64,000 nucleotides of DNA from Psilocybe cubensis (taxonomy: Eukaryota), in contig CM038999.1 in NCBI GenBank assembly GCA_017499595.2, positions 496,001 to 560,000 on the forward strand, read 5' to 3'. A program made the position numbers and the translations under genes. The notes beneath the pieces were generated by a model. The model saw only the letters and a program-made list of their open reading frames with translations. It had not been told where the DNA came from and searched no databases. Positions 34,400 through 46,779 of the stretch are shown piece after piece. Position 1 is the first letter of the stretch; every line of letters starts with the position of its first letter.

Positions 34400-37300
34400 C
34401 TACAAATTGCTTAATTACATGCCTTACAAAATCCAATTTCATACCTACGAATTGCTTAATCCCATGCCTTACAACAATATTCAATAACATGCATTTTACC
34501 TCTCTGAAAAGTATGATTTGTATACTCTGCCAAACAGTCGTTGGCATTGCCGGTGTCGAACGGTGTCACCGTGAATTATAAAATAGGGGCATGTTTACTA
34601 CTGACGCTAATTCCAAACAAACGGACCGCGTCGGATTTGACTGCGGGCCCCAAGCATGATTTTTTTTCCACCATTTTTTCGAGGTCGATTGTCGTTCAGT
34701 CTCAGCGACATCAATCTCAGTACCACTAATCATCGTTTACGATATTGCACGCCATAGTCACTCCAAAAGCTTCATCATCAACCCTTAGAATCCTCAGAAG
34801 GGACTTTACTCGAACCGGCAAAAGATGATCGTCACTGTACAGGAAGGCTAGCACTTGTCTACCTAGACCTACCACCTTGCAACATATCATATCATATACA
34901 CGTACACCGAGGCAACATCTTCGCAGGCCATATACTACAACAGCGACCGGGCAGTACCGTCATCTTCCGACACTTCCCCACCCAACACGAATATGAACCA
35001 GAACCGGAATCAGAAATAAATCCCATAACATTCGCTGACCCTCGTCGGCCCGACCTGTTCTACTATTACACTCCCGTTCCAATGCCATTCTCACCCGTGC
35101 TCCCGGCCTTCGCACTGTCATATTTTGATACTCTTCCCTGCTAGTGCTGTTGGCGGGGAGGGCTCCGAAGCATTGATTGGGTGGCTTCCTGTACAGACGA
35201 TTGTCGAAGGAGGAGTGAAGGGAGGGGCAATACATGGAGAAGGGCAGGGTTCAGCGTTGGATGATTTCATAGGGAACGGTAAGTCTTGTATTCAATTTCC
35301 TCTCTGCTTGAGCGCGTAGAAAGTGCGGCGGGTGCGGTTTATGCTGCCCTGCACCCCACCCTTTCTGTTTATCTGAAAACAAGAAAATTCTTAACTGATA
35401 CTCTGATATCGATACGATGAAGCAACAGACAAATTTCTCTCGTTCCTGCACATCACCATCCAAACTGTACTTGAACAGGGACAAGACGATATTCGGAGAG
35501 ATGCCGCTATTGCCCATGGGAATGGCTGGATGCATATTGGCGGTAGGTCTCTTTGCTTCCATTCCTTAAACCTATTTCAGTTCTTCGAACCGAGACCCCA
35601 CTTAAATACGGGTCAAAACTCATGTTTATTTCGCCTATGTATGTGCGGTGAATAGATCAGCGGAATATTCAAGTACTGGGACACGTCGGTGATCCAGACG
35701 AAATCTTAGTGTCTGTGCTCGTGCAGGATGGAAAGGTGAATGATTCAATGATAATCTCTCTTCACGTCGCTCCCTTTAAAGCCACTTCCAATCATCCCCA
35801 TATCCATGACCGTATGCTGACCCAACAATTTTTCCCTCTCCAAACACCCAGATTGTACCAGGCACATACGATGCCATGCCTTCATATCTGATATGCACCG
35901 TCGATGGTGTGTTGCAGTTCATTCTCGTGCTCGTTGGATGTCTTAGGGAAGTCTTGGTCCAGTCTTGGGCCGCTACTGCTGATGTAGACCAGGCGTATTC
36001 AGTGGGATGAGCACCTTAAACCTGGAGCCAAAAGCTGACGTGATTCGAAAATGTTGGTAACCGGACTTGAATGGCAAAGCGACGAGCGTGCCGCTGCAAA
36101 TGGAAATGTCCACTTCACCTTCAACCGTCACCATCACCACCACCCCTCTTCAAGGTTCCAACAAGACACCACCAGTCCCCTTCAAGGCTCTAAAAACATT
36201 TACATGGACTCGAATCGTACGGTAGTATTGTTTCGACGGACAATATAAACGAGCTCTGCGCGGGTTAGTCTATATGGATGTGGGCTACACAACAGACACC
36301 AGCGGTACGTACCTGGATGTACTACAACCAACCATCGCTAACACATCCTTCAAAACTTCAACGATACACCCGCGTGGACTCGACCCGCGACCGTATACTG
36401 GACGATAAACGGGTCAGTGTGTATAAATGGACACTGCAGACATATCTGGTATGCACCTGCATTACATACCAAACCACTCTCCCTAATACACTCAGAACAC
36501 CGCCAATCGTCTGTTCAGCGCCGTCCGGTCATGACTGACGGAGGTGTACCTGTATTATGTTAGTGATACTGGACTCGGTCTCTCAGCATGGCAGGTATAC
36601 ACCTGCATTCCATACCCTCAACACCCACTCAGAACCCTACCCGTTGAGTGTCTGTCGCCGTTTTCCACCACTGCTGATGGACTGTTCAGTTAGTCCACTT
36701 CACTTACTATACTCGATAATGTGTGCTGCGCCGCAGCTTGGAAGTTGCGTCGGGAATGTCAAGGTTCGTGCAGATCAGCTGGTATAATTAATCACTATCT
36801 AGTCACCCTACCCGTATCTGCTAATCCCACCAAGCACAGCAATTGCAGTGTCCTTCCACCCATCCCTCAACTGGTCAGACTGGGCTTGTTGGTGATGACG
36901 GTAATCAGACGGAGATCCGTGTATAGGCAGTAACGTGTTTATTGACCTACAGGTGTGGATGCAAAGTCAATCATCATGCGAGGAGACAAAGGACGTATAG
37001 GGTACGTATCTTTTCTACTGGTCATTCGGGTTAACGACGCGTCCCATGTTCAATAACACGCAGTTCGACTGTGAGTCGGGCGCGGTAGGCCACGTCGTAT
37101 CCCAGTATTGTGCTGGGTGACATGTAAGAGGCTGAGACTCACCTGACCAGCATGCTAGCGTGGCGCGATCCGTCGTCAAGTGCATTCTCCGTGGGGTGCT
37201 CCTTGGACAACAGGTGTCGTGTCAGAGTTAGCAATAGCAGAAAGACGATGACAAACCGTGACTTACTAATCAGCCGCGGCGCACCACGTCCGGGTGGCAC

Positions 37301-38228
37301 AGAGGACCGAACATTATCAAGGCGCGTCAGTACTGCCTCCGCAACGGGACATCACAGCACAGTACCGCATTGTTAGGAATCGATGATAGACGATGGACGG
37401 AATGAGTAGTCAAATCGATAATGTCATCGCAGTTGGGAAGCGGATAGATTGGGAGCCGCGTGCACAACAAACAGGAAGGTAGAAAGGTAGTAAAGCGATA
37501 GCGGCAACTGGTTTATGCTGATTGTTGATGGAAGGGTATCAGCACAGCAGTGATGCTGATCCTTGTCGTCGAAAAGGTATTCCCAGTATGACTCTCACAA
37601 CATCGACAATGCTAAATGGTATAGAGTGTCCAGTTTAACGGTAAAATGATCCATAATGATGTATATCGTCGGGAGTATAATGATATGACTAACTCCTCTC
37701 GGTGCCAAGTACGTAAGGTACAGTACAATAGAATTAGACTGCAATGCGATGTGCTGGGCAAAACCTTTAGCTGTCACGGAAGCTGAGTACCGCGCGCGGT
37801 GTGTAGACCTTCTACTAGACACGAGACAGAACTGTGACGGCGGTGTGTAGACCTCCTATGGATATCCCATCATGAAAATTTCCTTCAATGTAATGAGATT
37901 AGTCCATCATTGCAGTGAACATTGTACAGGACAGTATCGACACATTACGGAAGTTTACCAACACTTCTCGTCCGAAATGATTGGTCTTCTCGTCTACTCA
38001 CTGTCACTTGTATACGCGTAATAAGCGCGCCTTTACATCCTCCGCGTACCGATAGTCTCTTGTTACATAATGGCCAATGTGCTCGGACTATCCCTTGTCA
38101 TCCAATTCAATGCTCGACGTCAACATTTCGGAACTGAAGTCAGACGGTTTCTCACGTCAGACGGTAGTTCATCTTAACTCACACGGCAACCACGCGATCG
38201 AATGACAAGGGTCAAGGCCAAAGGTCTA

Positions 38229-39205
38229 CAGTTGAGGACAATCAAAGACATCAATTTTTTTGCACGAATTATGTAGTCTATGACACACATGTAGGGTGCC
38301 TCGAAACTGTTTTAATAGGTAATACTACGTCTAATTAAACGATTTGCACGAGCAGATTTTTCAGATTCAACTTTTTTGGAAAAAATTTCCCAAAAAATTT
38401 GGCGGTGGTCAAAAAAATTCGCTAAATTCTCGAAAAATTCATTTTTAGATAGCTTTTGATATTCTGGGTTCGCGCCTGAAATATCAAAAAAAATTATCGA
38501 GCCGTTCCGCTTAAATAAATTCGGCAAGATGCCACCTAACGGCAGACCACCCAGGCAAATGAGGAACATTTCCGGCCAAAAACAATAACTTCCTCAATCT
38601 TCTTTTCTCTAAAGGCCATGAATGCATTTTGAGCGAAAATTCTGTTGCAAATTGAACCCTGTAGAACTGGCAAGCTATTATACTTTTTAGCTATGGCTAT
38701 TCATATTCATAAACTATGTCTATAGTGCTGTGGATGACTGTGCAATACTGCTATTGTGAAGTTGAAAAGAAGACATTTCAAGAAGCAGCTAGGATATAGA
38801 ATCTGAGCAAAAAGACACATCTTGAAGCACTTCCAAAGGATGTTCCACCAAAAATATTCGTTGTTTCATCAATTGCTCCTGGCGTTTTACGGGTGCTCAT
38901 CTTGATTTGACGGCGAGTACATCGGCATGGGCAGTGAGAAAGCAAAAGTAGGCCCGCCGATTTTTCAGCGAGTCATTTGTGGTAAATTTTGGAGTCGCCG
39001 AGCTGCCCGGCACCAAGTAACATGACTATATTTTGAAAAATTTTGGCCAAAAAATTTGGCGGTGGTCAAAACCTCGTGGGAATTTTACGAAAAGTGTGTT
39101 TTTAGACGCTATTTGACCGTCCGAGTTTGAATCCGTCGTTAGTTTTTGCCAGAAAATTCGCGTTCCTGAGATACAAAATTTGATGTCTTTGATTGTCCTC
39201 AACTA
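38229..39205. mobile_element. Non-autonomous Tc1/mariner-type MITE, 977 bp
   Basis: 26-bp TIRs cagttgaggacaatcaaagacatcaa / ttgatgtctttgattgtcctcaacta (terminal base mismatched), flanked by TA on both sides. Internal 24-bp direct repeat at 38391 and 39048. Confidence 0.9.
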
Positions 39206-42200
39206 TACGTCCCAGCGGGCTCTAGATGAAGCATCATCACAGAACCATCTAATGAAACGAGTATCATCGATGACGTCATACGCCACCCATTGACCAAATT
39301 TGATAAACCCTTCTAGAATATTACATTGATAGGCAGCGATAGTGAGACGGCAAACCCACGGACCTTTATACGTCAGCATCTGGAAAGGGAATAGTTAAGT
39401 AATGAAGAGGCTAGTGGGAAGGGACGAAGTCATAAGGATATAGACAAAGAGGAATACCCTTTGCCCTCACGATCGGTTCTTCAAGAAGTTAACGCTATAC
39501 GAGCAAGTTGCTGTCGGACCATGCAATGGATAGCTTCCGATAGGCAGATACCAGTAACGTCATCATGGTATGAATTACCAATTACCGCAAGGTTTCTGTC
39601 AGTCATATCGGTTCATGATCAGTATAGAAAATCACCTGAATAAGCCTTGTAATACATCAATGACTTGATAGTAGATAGTATTTACACAAATCCTATTCTC
39701 AACTATGATTTCTATCTATTTCTGATAGGAAAAGTGGTTGTATAAACAAATATTTTAACTGTAATACAGATATACATAATGACATTTGAATTCAAATTAA
39801 ATCCACAAAATATAAATTCAATAAATTTGTCACCATGCCACTGACATATATCATTATTACTTAAACGCTAATATGAACACACCACACTTATTTAAATAAT
39901 ACACTAGAACCAACACACATTCAATATGACTTTCTAAATCTTGCTGTTAAATAGCTTCTAAAGGTCGTGCATGTCTACATATTGTATCAGACATATACAA
40001 TGACATACTTTACTATTTGGTTTAATATCCAATTAAAAGGATACTAACTGCAAATAGTTGCACCAAATCCGTAAAGTACGTACAATGTATATTTCTGGAC
40101 AATAGATATGCACAATATCAACATCATAGAAATGAATAGGATCTTAGCGTCACAATAAAACACCTATTCTTGATAACTATATAAAAAAAAACAAGATCAG
40201 ATTCTACGTAACTGATAAATATCAATTATATAGAATTATACATACAATGTGAAACAGGGTAATGATACTATAATATAGTTACTTTCTGATGACATACAAG
40301 TGCGTTTCTAAACTAAAAATAAAATGTGTTAAACAAATTTGTTATAAAAAGAGAAAAGTAAAAACATAACTATAAACACCTTTTTATTCGACAAGTATAA
40401 TTATCATAATAGAGAGTAGAAAAAAATCAAAGGAGGCTGTGAATGTTGGTATAATGTACATTGCATACTGTCTAATATATTTGTTCAAAAGTAAAGATGA
40501 CGCCATCATGAGGAATCATTCTAAAAATACAATGTGTTTCATCATATTACGCCACTATGAGCAAAAGATCCTGAGTAATTTTAATTTGATTCTAGACTAT
40601 AGAAAAAGACTCTGTGTCTAATTACGTATAAAACACAATTCAAAAAATGAAGTTATTTGCTATTAAATTAAACTATTTTATGTAAGACTATATTAATATG
40701 CAGCCCACCAATGAGTGTATATCTGAATAGTCATTGCCGGAATCAAGAAGTTTAATAGTAATAAAGTTGAACCCTGTTTCTAATTCAATGAAATTAAATC
40801 CTATTTAAATTCGGACGTAAATAAAACGTAACAACTATAGAAGTTTCTATTCGAATTCAAAAACAACAGATCTTAGGATTATAATATTTCAGTATAAAAC
40901 TGGGTTGTAACAACCTAATAGTCATCGACATTGGTCAAAGCTTTACTACAGCTTTTCTGTCTTTAAACAACATCATGGTCGAAAATACTGAAATAAACAA
41001 TGCATCTCTTGGCCAAAACCAGCAACATTCAGACAATATACAATTCCATGTATGTTTAATCCATGCTCAATTCTCTACTTTAACCATTGGTTATACTCAT
41101 ACATTTTCTAGATTGGAACTAAAGTTTTTTTCTTTAGTCAAGGTGGGAAAGTCATATATGGAACAGTCAAGGACACGACCATTAGAGATGTATGTTGTTT
41201 GTCTAATAAAACATGACCACTGACAAATATCTTTTTTAAAGGGAACGCTCTATGTAATTATAGAACCAGACAACCTTCATCTCTGCCATAGGCGCATATG
41301 TTTACCGTGAGTGTTCATTCCAATATTTAATATTATTATATATACTTATACAACGACCGTTATAAGAGTATTTGGTGTACTTAAAGTATAACTGGTGTAA
41401 AACTCTGTATAGCCACGTACAAAGTCTTCCTGTAGTCACCGCTTTCAGATAACGACAGAATAAATCTTGATATTAACATGTGCACAAAAATAGAACGTGA
41501 CAGTACTAAATAGGAGTACGCGTCGAAAAGTCATTATACTCATGTGATTTGTTTGGTGTGACTAAGAAAGTGTAAACGGTCCCGGTCAGCGCTTCAGCGC
41601 TTCAGCAACCAAATCCACTTCATTGCAGACGTCGATTTTACTCGTGATCTACTGTCCCACATACCCTTCCCCCGTTCGCGACAAGCAGAAGCCTACCACT
41701 ATGCTCATCCAGTACAAGCGACAACTTTCCCGTAGTCTTCCTTCACATCGCCTTCGCTACGAAGTATATTTTATGCTACTTCCGCCAAACTTCCGTGTCG
41801 ACACGACATCGTGGAGCTGTTTGCTACCGTCTACTCCCCTTTCCCTGTCAACGAGTCCGCTCTCACACCCTGTTCTCGTTTACTTGACAGCAGACAATAT
41901 CTGGTCACCTCTGGTTTGTTACTATCAAAATCCTCATATGTTCGATGATATTCAGTGACACTCCCCCCTCATATCGAAATTCGTACTACTGCTTGTCTAC
42001 TAACCATATATTCCCATTCTCGTTCGCTCGAGTAAAGTAAAGTAGCGGCTTGTTTTTTACTGTTGACATTGTCGCTATATCAGCTACATTTTTGATATAG
42101 ATAAAAATACTATCGTGAACAGAACATTATTCAGCGGATAACTCAGATTGATCTGGGACCTTTACTCTACTATACCAGCTAGGGTAATCATGGGAGAGAG

Positions 42201-42899
42201 AACCCTCCCTTGGGTGAAACGGATGCAGATGCAGATGCTAGCAGGATAGTATACGCGAATACGAAAACAGAGGACAAGAAGAGCGAAAAGCGCATTTTGA
42301 TACTCTTGGGGTTCTATTTCAACCGCGTCGGCGTTCCGGTGCCTCCCCGTGCAGGCGGCACCCCGCTACTTGTATGTCGTGGAGGATGGAGGTGCGACGG
42401 CGGAGTGTATGTCACGGTGGTGGCGGCTGCAGCGACACGCAGGAGCGGAATGGAGGGCGTGTGCGCCATGCGCTCCATGTAGTTGTGGGCGGAAAATAAT
42501 GGCGTCAGAGGAGGGGTGGAGGGCACAACACAGAGCGCTCTGTGTGTTGTGGTAGGCAAGGTGGAGCGTGGCGGCAATGCGAAAGCCATAACATACATGG
42601 CATTGTCGGAGGTGTATCATCAGTCATCGTTCAACCCAACATGTCCTCCCCACTGGCCATCTCACCCGCTTCCCATCGCTTCATTGCTCCTCTGCACATT
42701 TTGTACGCCTCAACTTTACTAGTCATACGTGATACCACAACCATCTCTCCTGTATGCCATCGGTTCAACCCTCATCGGCCTGAGCTTCGCATAGCGAGGT
42801 ACGCATTCTGCACCAACGGATGGCCTGAATACACACCGATGAGAGTACTCAGTGTTCCACGCTGTGCAAATCAAATTACCACCGATACTATGGGGATGG

Positions 42900-43625
42900 A
42901 ACTCAACGTGTTGCGGAGCTTCGTATGGTGCATACAGACTGCATCCAGGTGTATTATCAACTCTCTGTACGTCTTACACGCTCCAGCTCACCGCTCCGTA
43001 CCCTGACCGTATACAAAACGTATCAGTATCACCTCAACAGCGCATAGATACAACTCAACATATTGTTGGCACAAACAATGTCGGGGCACTGTAGAAAGGT
43101 TCTATTCAGGTGCGGGATCAGTTCTCTGTTCTTTGTGTACACTCCAACACACCGCTCAGTGTACAAGCAAAACCGTCATCCGTTCTATCAGATACCTGCT
43201 CGTCGTCTACGCCCCAACTCACCGCACAGTGATGCCATGTGTCTGCGGTATAAAGGGTATTAACCAGATCAACAGTGTGCGAATACGACTCACCGTCACG
43301 TCGACCCAAACACCACTGGGCATTATAAAGCCATTCTATCCAGATGCGTCGTCAACCTTTTGCTCGTCATGTGCACTGCAACTCACGTTAGCTCAATAGC
43401 GCATAGATATGACTCAAGAAATCCTCGACATAAACACTGTGTGGGCATTGTAGAAGCACTCTATCCAGGTGTATGATCGGCTCTCTGCTCGTCGTGTACA
43501 CTCCAGCTCACCGCTCAGCGTGCAAACAAAAACCATGGGCATTCTGGAGGCGTTCTATTCAGGTGCGTCGTTAGCTCTCTGTTCGTTGTGTACGAGCCAA
43601 CTCACCACTTGCTGTACAAACAACT
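42900..43625 (+). repeat. Degenerate tandem repeat array
   Basis: Recurrent ttctat(t/c)caggtg and cca(g/a)ctcaccgc motifs at roughly 70-160 bp spacing. ctcaa.agcgcatagata occurs at ~43033 and ~43392. Confidence 0.6.
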
Positions 43626-46029
43626 TAGGGTATCCCCATGACACGCAGCTTCATGCGTGCCACTAACAGCGAGCTCGTGGTGACGTGCTTGGCTTGGCGG
43701 ATGCGACCGTCGTGAAGGGTGGCGGAGTCGATGAGATGGTAAAGCTAGGAAATTATGGTTAAGGTTAAAAAATTGAACACAAGTAGAACGTACCATTAGG
43801 GCCTCCCTGGATGGGTCCCTTGCTTTGTCCACCGTCCCTCCGTCTTCGAGCGTACTTTTGAACGAACAGAATGCAGCTGCAGAAAGTTCTTTTGAAACAC
43901 ATTGAGAGCCACTGCAAGTATTACATATGCGTCGCGGAACTACATGTGACCTAGTACCCGCCCAGTGCCGGGTAAACATAAACGCGAAAACAACCGGGCG
44001 GTAAATGCCGCGGCGCCTTCCATATTGGGCGATACTGAACACTGTTTTTTGTTCCAGCGTTAAAAACTTGGACTCAAATTGGCGGACGCACCTTATAATA
44101 GATGAACCCTTTTTTGTAAAAAAGAAATCGTAAAGAGATTGAGATTGAAAAATTTAATGTAAAAAGCACACAACGTACTGGATGGGTCTCCCTACATAGA
44201 TATCCTGTTCATTTTTCCTTACCACGCTCATCATTATCCTAGAATCCTTTGAATACTACTCTATCTGTCAGAAATCTTCCCGTCTAACTGTGTATGGCAA
44301 GGTAATAAATCCGCTTTGAAACGACTGATGGAACTGCCACACATTCGTGGGATTCACCAGATACATCCGACCCTGTTTAACGACTAGCACTCGACGCTCC
44401 ACAAACCGATCGATACACACTGACTATTTAACCAACGCGGTGTTGATGAACGATGGATACGCGGTCGGAGAAGTAACTTGCGGGTACAGTGGGAATCGCA
44501 CGGACGGTAATATGCGAAAATCTGTTCAAGTCGCTTCCAGAACAAAAGCATCTTCACACGACTGACTTTAAGGGTACGACTTTGCGACTGCTCATCGCTC
44601 TTCCAAAATTATGGATACATGATGAGCAGAGAGCATCAAGTTTTAGAGGCGACACATATTTTTGCTTTCACTATGTCATAGGATGGCTGCAGAGCACAAA
44701 AGTCGTGATTTGTGACGTCCAAAATTTTAAACAGTTCATAATTTTCTTCTAAAATGAATGGAGCTAGGCATATATAAGTGCAGTGCTGACACACGGTATA
44801 GATGACAAGCAACTGATAAACGCTGCCAGCTCAGACGTTCACAGTGCTGATTATCATTGCTCGGCGATGAATGATACTGAATGTTCGAGATATCTTCTTC
44901 AATGGGCACATCGGACCTTAGATTACAATGTCATAATAGAGATCGCTTGCTGAGATCTCCCATGAGTGGCATAAGAATATCACGGGTTAGCTGTCTATCT
45001 GAGTGCATCGCCTATCCGCTAACTGGCGACGACTTTGGATGGATCACGATGTCACCGGACAGATGCCTGACTATGAGTGCACAGTTACAGTGTAACCGGT
45101 AGTCTGTTGACTGTAGTATCTATATGATTGAGTAGCAAGGTAGATACATTAATTGATATTGAATGTGTTGGTAATAAAGCATTGTATATGATATTGAGCT
45201 CTAAAATCGAGATACACAAACACACTTCAAACACCCCATCACGCCTTGACTGGTACCGTCTCTTTAGGACAGTGCGTCGTAACAATTTCCAAAAGCCCAC
45301 TTTCGACTATCTCTGAAAGATATTTGTCCCGACGCAATCCAAACTCCGACGTCTCCAACGTCATGGTACCGTAGGTTCTTATCCGACAACCCGGATCTGT
45401 ACTACGCGTAGCGGGATTTCCCACCAACCACCCGGCGCCCCCCTTCCAACGATATCATACATGAAGTGACTGTTTCTGAAGAAGAAAAATGGATATCATA
45501 GAAGATAGTGCTACGCCCCACATTCGACCTATCTTACAGTGCCACGGCATAAGAGATATAAATGGAAATCCAGTACCATACCACCGAGCACCTGCCCAAT
45601 ATCCTACAAAAAAATTACAACAAAACCGGGATGTCTTGTTCCAATAAAATGACTTTACAAAGCATTATAATTACGAGGATATTGATGACTATGGTGAAGC
45701 GATATGAAGATATACGGCATTTATATTAACATTTGCAACATTATTAACCTTGTTGACTTGTATATGGACTCAGTGGTTCATTCTAACCGGCCAAGAAGCA
45801 CAGGTTATTGGTCAACCAAATTACGTACACGACGAAGACAGAAGGGGTAAATAGGGCAAAAATGATAGTATATTCGACATAACATAAGTTAATTTATGCG
45901 ATTACGCATTACACTCAACATCTTATGTGTTAAGTCATATTACGTAAGAACATTTCGCATCTCGACTAACCAGTCAGAATTTAAGTATAAAAAGGTTGAG
46001 GCTGAACCTTTCATCTAATATATCACATC

Positions 46030-46779
46030 ATGAACCAACCTATTACTCAAAATCAGCTACGACTTGCGATTCAAAACGGATTTGTTACCTTACCAAACAC
46101 AGTCAGACCTGAAGAATTTCTAAACGAAAGAGTGGTATTATACCGTGGGGACACTTTCGACGACAATATTTCTTACCGGGCTATCAATATTGTTGGACAA
46201 ATTGCCGATGCGACTGACATTACCACTTCGGCAACTAATGGTTCTGTTGTAGGGGACGAAGATGGTGCCGATGTAAGATATATTCAACCAACAATCAACG
46301 GGTATATTCTGATGAATGTAGCACCTAATTATTCTAGAATGTTTTAACTGTACCGCCACTTTTTGGACGGAACTTTGGTGCGCTCAAATAAAGGGGATGC
46401 GGACATTTTTAAACAAAGCTGAAAAAATATATCCTTGGACCGGGATGGTATGTGCTCACTATCGAGGCAACCATCCATGATTCACCATCTATAGGCTGGA
46501 GGGGTTGAATCTACTTGTATCAACTTTATGGATGTAAACGAGAGAGAAGCCAAAATATCAGTTTATTGGAAAAAAACGATGACGTCAATTCTCGACAAAG
46601 AGGGGCGAGATATACCGAAAGGAATTTGGGCAAACAGTTTGTGTCCAGGGAAATGGATTCTGATTGAAGCGGTAATCGTGTGCGCAGAGGATTTAGTGGA
46701 CGACTGGAAAATGGGGGTGTATCGGAATTATCGTGCCTGGGGCCGAAGTGCTCAAACGATAAAGATAAATAAAACGTAA
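46030..46779 (+). CDS. Small hypothetical, probably spliced gene
   Basis: tataaaa at ~45987 precedes a clean ATG ORF (46030-46347), followed by a same-strand ORF at 46528-46779. No recognisable family. Confidence 0.35.

Noticed and set aside
34350-34547. ORF ending in poly-Lys
   Set aside because: Artefact of the poly(T) tract.
39650-41500. Very AT-rich stretch as a centromere, RIP relic or organellar insertion
   Set aside because: No recognisable ORF, RNA gene or repeat. Composition alone is insufficient.
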